The notes under the pieces: model-generated
The model's input: only the letters and a program-made list of their open reading frames with translations
Told to the model about the DNA's origin: nothing
The model's database searches: none
IMG/VR virus record: IMGVR_UViG_3300038679_000376
Span: 1 to 31,813 of that record
Reading direction: 5' to 3' (one strand)
DNA length: 31,813 nt
DNA from: a virus
Taxonomy: Duplodnaviria > Caudoviricetes
Program-made: the position numbers and the translations under genes
In this document: positions 8,452-18,348 of the stretch, one piece after another
How the letters are laid out: every line of letters begins with the position of its first letter
How positions within the stretch are numbered: the first letter of the stretch is position 1

Positions 8452-11400
8452 TCACCTCAATTGCTCGCGCATGACACGGATCACGGTCTGCTCGATCTCG
8501 GCCGGCAGCACCCGGGACAGCTTGTCCGCGTCCCTGGCGCCGGTCACGGTCACGGGCACGGACACCATGAAGGATGCGCCGGATCCGGCCGGTACCGAAC
8601 CGCCGCCGGCCAGGGCAAAGCCCGACGGCGACGGAACGGAAAAATTCCATTTGTCGAAAAGCTCCCGGGGGATCAGCCGCCGGCGCAATGCCTCCATGAT
8701 CCCGCGGCCATAATACATGACCGTGTCAACAGGTTGCATATATTCGCCAGCCGTTGCCCAGATAGGCACGTTATCTGCCCGTTTATTCGGTGACCACCCG
8801 CCGACTGGCCCGCCATAAGCCAGCGTCTGGGCCTGGATCTTCGCAATCTGAACACCGCCCAAAGCAGAAAGCGCCATTGCCTGAGCAACCCCCCACATTC
8901 CACCCTGGGCTAGCGCTTTTGTGACCGCCTGTGCTGTGTTAATGATCGCTTCCGCAATCGCCGCCGCTTTCGCCAGATAGAAAAACTCCTTATTTTTCTT
9001 CCCGGACATTTCGTAAAGATCAGAAAAGGCCTGGGACAAACTCGAAGCAACCACTTTTGCTGCGTCAAGGTTGCTTTCCCAGATACGCTTTCTTTGATTC
9101 GCCAGCAGTTGATCTTTTTCAAGCTGCTGTTTTCTGTGCGCATCCTCAATCTGGTCTTCTGCCGCCTTCAGCTTTTTCAAGCTGTCAATTTCTTCCTGAT
9201 GCTGTTGATCCATCTGCCGCAACTCAGCCGCGAACTGCATACCCTGATCCGAATTACCCTGGCCCTGCAAAACCCGCATGGAGATATTCGACAATATCCG
9301 TTCAATTTCCTTTTGCGTCTCTGCCAGCTTTTTTTCAGCTTCGATCTGTTTTTGCGTTACATTAAGGATATCCTGCTTGTGCTTTTCCTGTTTTCCAAAA
9401 ATTTCGTCTTGGATCCGAATTTTCTCTGCCTGTTCATTTTCTGCGTTTAATTGGGCCTCAAGCGCCGCCATTTCCTTTCGGTATTCATCTTCAAGTAACG
9501 CACTCCGTTTCGTAAAATATTCCTTAATTGAAACTTCCCCACGCTCATAAATCGTTTCAAGCATTGCAAGCGCCGTTTCAGTTGCTGCCTTCGCCCGCGC
9601 CGCCTGACTTTTCGCAACGGCGATATCGATTTTTTCCTGTTCTGCGATTACTTTTTTCGCGTCCTTTTCTGCCGCCCTTCCGGATTCTTCAGACTGTTCG
9701 GCGCCGATCTTCGCAAGGCTTTTGGTCAATACTTCTTTGGCCTGGGCAATCAGCTTCGCATTTCCATGGGCCATTTCAAGCTGTTCAGCGTAATGCTGTT
9801 TTGCCTGATTCCTTAATACAGCCCATTTATCCCCGGACAGCTTAATCAAATCATCCGCAAGCTGTTTTTCAAGCCTTTCCTGATCCTTCACATCCGCTTC
9901 ATTCGGGCCTGTCGGTTTTGGGAGCATTGCGCCAGCGCCAGGCTTCGGAACAACCCATCCACCACTTACTTTATCAACTATCAAACCACCTGTTTTTACC
10001 AGTTTATTAAATTCCGCCATGGACTTGATATTTAAACCAGTGGCTTTATTAAGTGCCTCAAGCTTTCTAATGACCCTGTCATTAATTATCTCTTTATCCT
10101 CTTTTGCTTCTTCCTGGGCCTTTTCAAGATCCTTTTCAGCCTGAATCCATTTGTAAACCGCGCTTATCAGGTTGCCAATCTCCATGACAGCCTGCACCGC
10201 CGCCCCTACCAGAACAACCTTAAAAGCCAAAGCCAACCCCGTTGCCCCGGATGCCGCCGTTGCCAGCGCCGCCCGCAAGCCGCCCAGCCATGCGATAAAA
10301 TTCCCGCCGGTCAGAACAACAATGGCAGATGCGACCCCCTTTATTTCGCGCGCAATAGCCAGGGGCCAGCCGACCAAAGCCATAAACGCCAGCTTGACCA
10401 ACCCTATATAGGTTGCCGCCTGAACAAGCGCCGGAAGAATAGGCCCGACGGCATCCATGACCTTGATAAACGCATTTGCAGCTTCCAGAACCGCAACAGC
10501 CACGCCTGAAAACACCTCCGCCGCCGTTTCAACCCAATCATCAATGCTTTTTCCATTCGCCAGGACATCGACAATTGCCTGATTGACCTTTTCAAGCGCC
10601 GACACGATAACCTTATTGAAGGTGAAGGTTTTTGCATCTTCATCAATCGTAACAACCGCCTTTTGAAGATCCAGCAACAACTTTGTAGTGGAATCAAACG
10701 CCCCCTTTAATCCGCCACCCAGCGCCATTTGAACCGCGTCAACAAGGTTTGACCATGCCCCGGAAAACGTCTTTGCAGCCGCCTCCCCGGCCTTTTCAAA
10801 GTCCTTCAGCCGTTCGGTTACATATTTGAACCCTTCACCGCTGGCGATCACCTTTTTCATCTGTTCATTTGTAATCCCCAGCGCTTTGGCAATACGGGCA
10901 TTTCTATCAATCGTACCGTCCAGGATTGCCCGGACTTCCTGACCTAACTGATCCATCGGGAGCGACAACGCCGCGCCCGCCTGGGCCATCATAGACACAA
11001 ACTTGACTATTTCATCCGGTTTAAACCCGGCCTTGAAAGCCGGTCCCAGCCCTTCCTGCATGACCCGCAAAAGCTGTTCATATGTCGCCGTTGTCTGAAG
11101 CCCTGCGACTTGCAGCTTTTTCTGGATCTCGGTTGCCACGTTCATTGAAAGTTGATAAGCCTTCTGCGCGTCAACCGCCTCCCCGTTCGCGTCCCTGAAA
11201 TCATTAAACGACCGAACAAGCGCCGCAATTCCTATCTGCGACTGTTGAACCGTGTCGTTATACTGGAAAGCTGAAGCAATCGCCCGCCGGTAAAGATCCG
11301 CACTTCCCAGGACGGCCGCAAGCTGCCCGATAGATCCCACAAGCGAACTGGAAGCGCTGTTCATTGACGACAACGCCGAACTGTAAGCATTCCCCGCCGC

Positions 11401-11493
11401 CGTTATCCGCCGCAAGCCGCTTTCAATTTTGGTAAGCGCCGCCTCTCCGGTCTGTTTGACGTTTATCAGTATGCTCAGGACATTCGCGGCCAT
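8452..11493 (-). CDS. Tail tape measure protein
   Basis: 1013 aa, Ala/Lys/Glu-rich and helical with central hydrophobic segments. C-terminal AYGGPVGG..DNVPIWATAGEY motif. Follows the tube and chaperone genes. Confidence 0.92.
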   Translation of the reverse strand: MAANVLSILINVKQTGEAALTKIESGLRRITAAGNAYSSALSSMNSASSSLVGSIGQLAAVLGSADLYRRAIASAFQYNDTVQQSQIGIAALVRSFNDFRDANGEAVDAQKAYQLSMNVATEIQKKLQVAGLQTTATYEQLLRVMQEGLGPAFKAGFKPDEIVKFVSMMAQAGAALSLPMDQLGQEVRAILDGTIDRNARIAKALGITNEQMKKVIASGEGFKYVTERLKDFEKAGEAAAKTFSGAWSNLVDAVQMALGGGLKGAFDSTTKLLLDLQKAVVTIDEDAKTFTFNKVIVSALEKVNQAIVDVLANGKSIDDWVETAAEVFSGVAVAVLEAANAFIKVMDAVGPILPALVQAATYIGLVKLAFMALVGWPLAIAREIKGVASAIVVLTGGNFIAWLGGLRAALATAASGATGLALAFKVVLVGAAVQAVMEIGNLISAVYKWIQAEKDLEKAQEEAKEDKEIINDRVIRKLEALNKATGLNIKSMAEFNKLVKTGGLIVDKVSGGWVVPKPGAGAMLPKPTGPNEADVKDQERLEKQLADDLIKLSGDKWAVLRNQAKQHYAEQLEMAHGNAKLIAQAKEVLTKSLAKIGAEQSEESGRAAEKDAKKVIAEQEKIDIAVAKSQAARAKAATETALAMLETIYERGEVSIKEYFTKRSALLEDEYRKEMAALEAQLNAENEQAEKIRIQDEIFGKQEKHKQDILNVTQKQIEAEKKLAETQKEIERILSNISMRVLQGQGNSDQGMQFAAELRQMDQQHQEEIDSLKKLKAAEDQIEDAHRKQQLEKDQLLANQRKRIWESNLDAAKVVASSLSQAFSDLYEMSGKKNKEFFYLAKAAAIAEAIINTAQAVTKALAQGGMWGVAQAMALSALGGVQIAKIQAQTLAYGGPVGGWSPNKRADNVPIWATAGEYMQPVDTVMYYGRGIMEALRRRLIPRELFDKWNFSVPSPSGFALAGGGSVPAGSGASFMVSVPVTVTGARDADKLSRVLPAEIEQTVIRVMREQLR

Positions 11494-11993
11494 TTATTTG
11501 CTTTCCAGGTATTTTTTGAAATCTTCGTCTTTGGCATGATACGCATTGCGACAGGCAACCGATAAGGACTTGATCCGCCGCCGTTCATTTTTCACGCTTT
11601 CTTCAACAGCTATCAGGAAATAGCTGAAGCCGTACTTGATGGCCCCGGCATGGCCATTTTCGATAAGCCGGCAAGCGTCCCTGAAAATTCCATTTGGATC
11701 ATTTTTTTGATTTCTTCGATCACCCCGGCCAGGCCCATTTCCAGGGCCAGGTCGAAAAAAACGGCATTGACCTCTTTAAATACTTCGAAAAGCTCTTTGA
11801 TTTCAGACGGTGCCATTTCCTTCAGGTCGTCAATCTTCACGCCTTCAAAGCATCGCGGGATATACTTTTCAATATGCGCCATCGAATCCGGCGCGCCTTC
11901 CGCCCCGCTGAAGATTTCCAGGATATCGACAACCCGCAATTCTTTTACCGTGATTTCCTTATCATCCATCTTTATCAATTTGTGTTTCCGCAT
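11494..11993 (-). CDS. Tail assembly chaperone extended form (gpGT-like) via programmed -1 frameshift, about 166 aa
   Basis: In-frame slippery heptamer T TTT TTC (11760-11754). The -1 frame is open to TAA at 11496-11494, directly abutting the tape measure ATG, and encodes ...ACRLIENGHAGAIKYGFSYFLIA...FKKYLESK. Confidence 0.75.
11613..11993 (-). CDS. Tail assembly chaperone (gpG-like)
   Basis: 126 aa between tail tube and tape measure. AAGGGGG RBS; EITVKELRV and EVNAVFF motifs. Confidence 0.8.
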   Translation of the reverse strand: MRKHKLIKMDDKEITVKELRVVDILEIFSGAEGAPDSMAHIEKYIPRCFEGVKIDDLKEMAPSEIKELFEVFKEVNAVFFDLALEMGLAGVIEEIKKMIQMEFSGTLAGLSKMAMPGPSSTASAIS

Positions 11994-12004
11994 CTTTCCC
12001 CCTT

Positions 12005-12045
12005 AAAAAAGCTCCCCCCCCCGCGATTCAACACGCAAAGGGGGG
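12005..12045 (-). terminator. Rho-independent terminator/attenuator after the tail tube gene
   Basis: Minus strand CCCCCCTTTGCG-TGTTGAAT-CGCGGGGGGGGG followed by AGCTTTTTT. Confidence 0.7.
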
Positions 12046-12068
12046 TAATTACAACCAAACAGCCGGGC

Positions 12069-12875
12069 TTAGGTTACCGGTGTAGGCGCCGCATTGGTGT
12101 TAAAATAAACGTCCCAGGTCCCTGCATCCATCGCCAGGATCTTGCCGGTGAATTCCAGGGTGTTGAAATCTCCGGTCAGCCAGTTCACTGCCCCGGACGG
12201 TGACAGTTCGGCCTTGTAGACAATAACCTCACAGTTTCTTTCATTCGCCTGGTCTTTCCCGATCAATCTGCAGAATGCTTCAAATTTCGCAAATGTGTTT
12301 CCCTTTACCTTGTAGCCCTCGACGGCGCCCCAATAATATTCAATCTTGATTGTATCGCCGTCTGCAATATCACCACCAGAAAGCGCCATGATTCGCCCGG
12401 ACTCGTAATCGATTTCATAGTCCTTCCCGGTCCCTTCCTCATAGGTAACCGTTCCGGCAGAATTCTTCACCACCGGGGCGTGCGCAACTTGCGTGTCCAC
12501 ATTCCGGTGTGCCAGGGGTTTCCACGCATCCAGCGCCGCAACAATGGATTCAGCCGTACCCACGTTGTCATCTTCGGTCTGGTCATTGTCGGAATCCGTT
12601 CCCAGCATAGCCAGCGCCAGATTTTTCCGGTTGATGTCCGTTAATGTGATCTTGATTTCCTGCTCGGTTTTCGTGGTCACGGATTTTATCGTCTGTGCAT
12701 AATTCGCGCGCCTGAAACCAAGCTGCTCCTTCTTTTCCTGCTTCGGCGGATCGATCGCAAAAACGGTGGCGTTTCCCACATCACGTTCACCGCCCAGCAC
12801 GCCGGTGGACAGATTGTAAATCGCTATCTGTAAATCACCGGAACCCAAAAAGGTTTCCTCTTGATAAGTTGCCAT
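12069..12875 (-). CDS. Major tail tube protein
   Basis: 268 aa. FLGSGDLQI..DVGNAT N-terminus, DYEIDYESGRI insert, and SPSGAVNWLTGDFNTLEFTGKIL C-terminus typical of siphovirus tubes. Lies before the chaperone and tape measure genes. Confidence 0.85.
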   Translation of the reverse strand: MATYQEETFLGSGDLQIAIYNLSTGVLGGERDVGNATVFAIDPPKQEKKEQLGFRRANYAQTIKSVTTKTEQEIKITLTDINRKNLALAMLGTDSDNDQTEDDNVGTAESIVAALDAWKPLAHRNVDTQVAHAPVVKNSAGTVTYEEGTGKDYEIDYESGRIMALSGGDIADGDTIKIEYYWGAVEGYKVKGNTFAKFEAFCRLIGKDQANERNCEVIVYKAELSPSGAVNWLTGDFNTLEFTGKILAMDAGTWDVYFNTNAAPTPVT

Positions 12876-12880
12876 TCTTC

Positions 12881-13381
12881 CTATCTCCTTCTGATATTTA
12901 TTTGTTCAATTGTTGGAAATGAAATACTAAGGAATTTTGGATAAAGACTGACCGGTTCAGACTCCGTGTTAAAGCTCACCTTTGCAAACCGCGCCGCCAC
13001 AAGAACCCGTTCAACCTTTTCCCGGAAGGTTTCAGCATCAACAAACCCGGAATATGTTTTTATGGTCGCAAGGGTTTCCGGTTCCGGCTCCCCCTCCACT
13101 TCTTCACCATCCTTGATTGCTTCCTCTGTAATCCCTTCATCATAAACGCCGCACCAAACAGTAAACGACCACCGCAAGCTTGGGCCAGAATTCCCCCATG
13201 CAAACTGCGGCGCATCGATCACCACCACCGGATAATCACTATCGATCGGCGGGTCCTCGATGTTATCCCCGACATAAACGGTCGGCGTTTTCCCGTACTT
13301 TGACACGCACCAAGCAGAAAGCCCGGCATCTGAAGCAATCACGCGCCCAATAAAGGCCAGCAGTTCCGCCGTTGTTGTCAT
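12881..13381 (-). CDS. Putative tail terminator/completion protein
   Basis: 166 aa, acidic, directly before the tail tube; VYVGD..DYPVVVI motif. Confidence 0.55.
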   Translation of the reverse strand: MTTTAELLAFIGRVIASDAGLSAWCVSKYGKTPTVYVGDNIEDPPIDSDYPVVVIDAPQFAWGNSGPSLRWSFTVWCGVYDEGITEEAIKDGEEVEGEPEPETLATIKTYSGFVDAETFREKVERVLVAARFAKVSFNTESEPVSLYPKFLSISFPTIEQINIRRR

Positions 13382-13995
13382 ATGCGCTCACCCGCCAGCT
13401 TTCGAATGAAATTTGCTTCAATGTTTTTCATCGCCGCCGGTTCGTTTGTTCTCCAAAAATTTTCAATCAACTCACGAACCGGAAGGTCGATGTTGCTCAA
13501 TGAATTTTTTCTCAGGAAAAAATATTTGTAATCCGGATCTTTTGCTTTCTTCAGCTTCGCGCCTATCCGCGCCATCCTGATTCCAAGCTCTGTTCTGCCG
13601 CCAGCGTAAACCGTGTTCAGGCCTCCCGCATGTTCCAACACAAGCCGTTTCCAGGACTGTGTTAAACTCTTACTAACGCTATCCGTAAATCCGAATTCCG
13701 CCGAAATTTCATCCCCTTCCTTGATATTGTAACGGATCAACTTTGCCAGCCGATTCAGCGGGGCTTTATTCCGCCGCTTCAAGCCTTTTTTAGTCCTACT
13801 GGCAATAACAGAAAGCGGTTTCAGCCTGACACCGCCAGGATTTCCGGCCCGGATCTCCTTTTTCAACTGCAACAACAGCCGGTAAACCTCGACCCTCACA
13901 GAAATATTGACGGTCTTTTTCAGCGCCGGGTTAATCCGCTTCAGCCATGAAATCATGGATTCAGCGTTATGGATCTGGATATTCTGATCGATCAA
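13378..13995 (-). CDS. Putative neck/tail completion protein
   Basis: 205 aa, basic, between head closure and tail terminator positions, with 4-nt overlaps on both sides. Confidence 0.55.
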   Translation of the reverse strand: MIDQNIQIHNAESMISWLKRINPALKKTVNISVRVEVYRLLLQLKKEIRAGNPGGVRLKPLSVIASRTKKGLKRRNKAPLNRLAKLIRYNIKEGDEISAEFGFTDSVSKSLTQSWKRLVLEHAGGLNTVYAGGRTELGIRMARIGAKLKKAKDPDYKYFFLRKNSLSNIDLPVRELIENFWRTNEPAAMKNIEANFIRKLAGERI

Positions 13996-14303
13996 ACCTT
14001 GTACCTCTCGTTACTTCGGAACCTTAACCGCCGCGCAAGCGTGCTTCCCTGATCCTGCCGCCAGAAATACCATGTCCGGCCCTCGACAACCGCCACTGCC
14101 CGATAACCAGGAATCCCGTCATAATCAGATCGTAAAACGCTTAAAATCAGGACTTCAAACTTGACCCCGTTGTCGTCAACATCAGTTTCGTACTTCGGTA
14201 TGGCGTTTATCGTTTTTCCGTCCAGGACAACCGACACGCCCAGGCCGTAAACCGGATCAACTATCCCTGCCAAATCTTCCTTGAAATCATCGATAAGCGC
14301 CAT
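13992..14303 (-). CDS. Putative head-closure (FII-like) protein
   Basis: Start moved to ATG 14303 (MALIDDFKEDL). 103 aa, beta-rich, after the decoration gene. Confidence 0.55.
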   Translation of the reverse strand: MALIDDFKEDLAGIVDPVYGLGVSVVLDGKTINAIPKYETDVDDNGVKFEVLILSVLRSDYDGIPGYRAVAVVEGRTWYFWRQDQGSTLARRLRFRSNERYKV

Positions 14304-14318
14304 GTGACCGTTGCCTTT

Positions 14319-14345
14319 CCCCGGCTGACTTGCTACCAACCGGGG
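14319..14345 (-). other. Intergenic RNA hairpin after the decoration gene
   Basis: CCCCGGTTGG-TAGCAAG-TCAGCCGGGG, 10-bp stem with G-U pairs and no U-tract. Confidence 0.45.
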
Positions 14346-14373
14346 GGGGTGCCACCCGCCAGGGGATGCGGAT

Positions 14374-14730
14374 TTATCTATCCATGAAAACTTCGATCGT
14401 CTTTGTCTCGTTCGATCCGACCGCTTCAAGCGCATAGCCGAAAAACACGCCGCTGGTTTTCACGTTCAACCCGCCCAAGACAGAATCGAAATAAACCTTG
14501 GCATATTGAGAAATCGCCGCCGGATCTGTTCCATCATGCCCCTTCACCGGAAGGCTGAAGATCCCGGGACCGAAATCCACAACCGCCTTTGTTGCTCCGG
14601 CGCTTCCATAATCGCCCATTGCAACGCCATGCATCCCGGCGGTTCCGAATACGACCGGATCACCGGCAACGACATCGGACGCAACCACCCTTGTCTGAAA
14701 ACGCCCATCTTCAACAAAATTTTTAGCCAT
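14374..14730 (-). CDS. DUF2190-family capsid decoration/cement protein
   Basis: MAKNFVEDG..VVAGDPVVFG..GVAM..GIFSLPV..KVYFD..FFGYALEA pattern, directly after the capsid gene. Confidence 0.85.
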   Translation of the reverse strand: MAKNFVEDGRFQTRVVASDVVAGDPVVFGTAGMHGVAMGDYGSAGATKAVVDFGPGIFSLPVKGHDGTDPAAISQYAKVYFDSVLGGLNVKTSGVFFGYALEAVGSNETKTIEVFMDR

Positions 14731-14758
14731 TTCTAAGCCCTCACTATTTCAAGATTAT

Positions 14759-14788
14759 TCCCCCGGCTTTCGCCGGGAGTGATTTTTT
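14759..14788. terminator. GC-rich hairpin after the capsid gene (possible terminator/stabiliser)
   Basis: Minus strand CTCCCGGC-GAAA-GCCGGGGG. The T-tract lies on the plus-strand side, so the direction is uncertain. Confidence 0.5.
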
Positions 14789-14804
14789 CGGTTAACCCTT
14801 CAGG

Positions 14805-16832
14805 TTAATTCCCGTCATTCATATACAGCCCGCGCCAATCGATTGCAGCCGCGCCCGCATCGATCCTGACTTTGTATTCCAAACCGTCAACATCCCAGCC
14901 GGGTTTGGTTTCCAGGTAGGGCTCTTTTTGACCGTTCAGGAAATACACCACAATGGTCTTGCCTTTCTCCGCCGCCAGATACCACGCCGCCGGATCATCG
15001 TCATCCAAGCGCGCGTTATAAATGCGTTTCAGCACATCGCCCGAATAAATATTGGCGCGCGTGCTGGCGAAGCTGGAATCCGTTGCAACCGTGCTATGGT
15101 CTGAAAAGGTGGTTGTTTTGAAAAAGACTTCTGCAGCCGCCTCACGCGCTTTCGGCGCAATCATAAAGCGAGGCCGGATGTTAAGCGACCGAAGCCCTTT
15201 TACATCCTTCTGAAGCGCCATAGCCAGGAACCCGGCCGCCAGAGTGTTTACGCCAGGGGCAGCACCGGAACCATGGGCAACCAAGTTGCTATGGTTGGCG
15301 TGAAAAAGCGCGTATGTGTCAACCATCGCGGCGTTTGCGATCAAAACCGCATAAGCGATATCACCGATTTTTCGCGCTGCCGCTTCGCCCTGTTTCCGAC
15401 CGACAGAAACAAAAGCGCCCAGGCTGTCATTGATAATCGCCTGTCTGGTCAAAGCCAGCCGCTTGCCGAATGTCGCAATCTGATAAAGCTCTTTTCGTTC
15501 GTCCAACGAACCGTATTTGTACGGTTGCCCTTCCGGCATTTCGTCCAGGTCATCGCCTTCAGACAGCCCAACCGCCTCATGCGATAGGAAATTGGGTACT
15601 TGACCCTCACCGCACCACTGCGACCAATCTTCATCAGCCCCGTTCCAACCTTCGAACACTGACCGGTTGGCGGTCGCACTCAGAATAATCGGGAAATCGG
15701 TTGTCTGAAGCGCCCGCGCAACCATATCCATCGGTCCGCCACCAACATTCTGATTGCCGATCCGCAAAAACTGGCGAGCGATCTCGGTTAGCGACCATCC
15801 CCGCAGATCCAACGCGCCGGGCGCTGGGGTCTGTACCTGGAATCCCGACCGCATAATCAGCGCATCACCAGCCGCCGACCGAAATTTGTCCCGTTCATCC
15901 TGGGTAACTGTCGCCGGTGTCGCCGGGGTAAATCCCGGGTTGTTCTCTTTCATCCGCCGTTCAACGATATCCATGACTTTTGCCCGCGCGATTTCAACGG
16001 AATCCCCGCCCGTAATCATCTCTTGCATCTCTTTGTTTTCGATGTTGAACCGATTGCACATGGCAACGATTTCGCCGGATCTTTCGATTTCCGCCCGTTT
16101 GACTTCAGCCTTTGCGCTCTCGACTTCGGCCCGGACTTTTTCAGCATCGGGCAGACCGGCGATAAAGGCCTCCATTTCCGCCTCTGTAGCGTTCGGGTTC
16201 ATCCCCATCTTTACCAATCTTGCTCTTAACTTATCCATTTCAACTTTCTCCCTTTTATCGTTATTGAAATTTTCGCTTCTTGCTTTCGCCTTGCTATCCG
16301 CCCCGTAAATCACCAGACCCATGCTTCCGGGTGTCCATCGTTTCGTAACCAAAACAGGCCCACGGAATTCCTGACCCTCAAGCGCCAGCGCTTCCCCTTC
16401 AGGAACCCATACCGATTCACGCCCAGACGCCCGATATGCCACGCTGAAGGAATCAAGGTGTCCATCTCTCACCCGCGTGTAATACTTGTCGGCATCAGGG
16501 TCTGAAGCAAAGAAAGCGCGTCCGACAAGCTGCCTGTTCTCAATCCTCATTTCACGATATGATCCGATCACGCACGCCGCCGACCGTTCATGTTCAATCG
16601 TCAACGGGATCTGCGCGCCTTCCGGAATCACACACCCGGACATCAACAGGACTTCATCGACCGCCTCCCAGCGTTCCGGGTCCCAGATCCGCGCCGGGTT
16701 CTCTGTAGCCCCGACAGCTTCAATTGAACGCGCCGCTTCATCCAGTGTTGCCGGTGCAAATAATGCCTTCCGGTAAACAAATTCCTTTTCTTCCTGATGT
16801 TCCGCCCGCCCTACGAAATCAGACTTGTTCAT
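14805..16832 (-). CDS. Prohead protease - major capsid protein fusion
   Basis: 675 aa. N-terminal HK97-like protease (IEH, VIGS, LVGRAFF, DSFSVAY), helical linker, and C-terminal capsid domain (TTDFPIIL, TFGKRLALTRQAIIND, KVRIDAGAAAIDWRGLY). Confidence 0.9.
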   Translation of the reverse strand: MNKSDFVGRAEHQEEKEFVYRKALFAPATLDEAARSIEAVGATENPARIWDPERWEAVDEVLLMSGCVIPEGAQIPLTIEHERSAACVIGSYREMRIENRQLVGRAFFASDPDADKYYTRVRDGHLDSFSVAYRASGRESVWVPEGEALALEGQEFRGPVLVTKRWTPGSMGLVIYGADSKAKARSENFNNDKREKVEMDKLRARLVKMGMNPNATEAEMEAFIAGLPDAEKVRAEVESAKAEVKRAEIERSGEIVAMCNRFNIENKEMQEMITGGDSVEIARAKVMDIVERRMKENNPGFTPATPATVTQDERDKFRSAAGDALIMRSGFQVQTPAPGALDLRGWSLTEIARQFLRIGNQNVGGGPMDMVARALQTTDFPIILSATANRSVFEGWNGADEDWSQWCGEGQVPNFLSHEAVGLSEGDDLDEMPEGQPYKYGSLDERKELYQIATFGKRLALTRQAIINDSLGAFVSVGRKQGEAAARKIGDIAYAVLIANAAMVDTYALFHANHSNLVAHGSGAAPGVNTLAAGFLAMALQKDVKGLRSLNIRPRFMIAPKAREAAAEVFFKTTTFSDHSTVATDSSFASTRANIYSGDVLKRIYNARLDDDDPAAWYLAAEKGKTIVVYFLNGQKEPYLETKPGWDVDGLEYKVRIDAGAAAIDWRGLYMNDGN

Positions 16833-18348
16833 TCAACCCACCCCCCTTTTGGTTCTCAATCGCCGCCGGATTGTTCGCCAGCGCCGTATTTATCTGTTGA
16901 AAGTCCAGGTCGTAATCTTTCTGAAGCGCCTTTGCTTCCGCTATCTCCCTGTAAACATCTTCCAGATCCCGGCCCCGCGCCCCGACAACCTCCTGAGGGC
17001 TCCTAAGCCCCGCCTTGACTTCCTCCGCGCGCGCCTTCACTTCCTTCAGCGGGTCAACGGGCTCCATACCGGGCGGTATCCACTCCGCGCGCCGATAATT
17101 GACCGGATTATTCATGTAGCCAGGAAGGGAAAGCCGACCGGACAAAACGGAATATTCAAGGAATTCATTGAATATCGGTTTGCAGTAATGCCGAATATGC
17201 CGCCCGGATATCTGCCGCAACGAGTGGGCAAAATCGTTTCGAACCATCCGCCCGCTTGAATAATTCATTGTGGAATAGTCACCAGACAGGATTTCGTATG
17301 GAACCCCGGTTGCGATCGACAGGATGCAAAGGATTAAACGGACAAACGGGGCAAAATTCGCACCTGGGCGGGGATTGCTCGCAAGCTCCACGGTTTCATT
17401 GAATCCCAGATATTCAATGACCGCATTTTCAAGCCCTTCAATTCTTTTTCCGCTTTCAGTTTTCTTCAGCAAATCGCCCTGGCGTACCGAAGGGTCAAGC
17501 GTTCGTATAAAGGCCAGCCACTTTGCCGCCATCTTCGCTCCGTCAAGCTCCGCGCCCATATAATCATCAAGGTCATGCGCCACCATGACCCCCACTGCAA
17601 ACGGCGACACCCCGCGCAATTGACCAGGGCGCAAAACTTCAAAATTATGAATGACCCGATCGGCCGGCAACCGCATAGCCTTTCCCCAGGAATTCGGGTC
17701 AACGAGGTGATAGGCCGCTATCCTTCCAGTTACCGGCGAATACTCGACCCCCTGAAACATTTCATTTCCAGGATCAACCGCAATTCCGGAATCAGCCAGC
17801 CAATCCGGTTCAATAATCTGGATTTTAAAGGGGTTCCGCTGCTTCCGATCCCTTACAAAGTGTTTAATGACAAGGAATTCACCGGCTTCAACGTCCTGCT
17901 TCTTTGTCAGAGCCATCATTTCATCAAAGGACATCCGCCCGGAAAAATCCGCTTCATCCTTCCAGAAAGAAAATTCATCTTCGATTTTTCTGGATATCGT
18001 TTTGTTGCGGTCACCGTTTCGATCCAATACTTTGGATTGAAACATGATCCCCGGCCCTACCGAATATTCAACGATTGCATCTGAAGCCCGCTTGAAAAAC
18101 GGGAAGTCACGGACAAGCTGCTGAACCCGCGCCCGCATGATCGGCGTGGACGCCTTAATAATGTCGTTTATGTTTGAATTCAGCGGCAGCCAGTTGCCGG
18201 TCAGGTGATCCGACTTCGCCGCCGCGTATATCTCTGACCGCTTCTTGATATCCTTCAGCGCCAGCCGGGTTTGCCTTCGCATGATCCCGCGCATAGGCGA
18301 AAAAAGTTCAACCGCACCATCAATGATTTCGGCAATTGATTTCATCAT
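16819..18348 (-). CDS. Portal protein, lambda family
   Basis: 509 aa with motifs RARVQQLVRD, RPGQLRGVS, TGVPYEILSGDYSTMNYSSGR and VDPLKEVKA. Confidence 0.95.
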   Translation of the reverse strand: MMKSIAEIIDGAVELFSPMRGIMRRQTRLALKDIKKRSEIYAAAKSDHLTGNWLPLNSNINDIIKASTPIMRARVQQLVRDFPFFKRASDAIVEYSVGPGIMFQSKVLDRNGDRNKTISRKIEDEFSFWKDEADFSGRMSFDEMMALTKKQDVEAGEFLVIKHFVRDRKQRNPFKIQIIEPDWLADSGIAVDPGNEMFQGVEYSPVTGRIAAYHLVDPNSWGKAMRLPADRVIHNFEVLRPGQLRGVSPFAVGVMVAHDLDDYMGAELDGAKMAAKWLAFIRTLDPSVRQGDLLKKTESGKRIEGLENAVIEYLGFNETVELASNPRPGANFAPFVRLILCILSIATGVPYEILSGDYSTMNYSSGRMVRNDFAHSLRQISGRHIRHYCKPIFNEFLEYSVLSGRLSLPGYMNNPVNYRRAEWIPPGMEPVDPLKEVKARAEEVKAGLRSPQEVVGARGRDLEDVYREIAEAKALQKDYDLDFQQINTALANNPAAIENQKGGGLNEQV

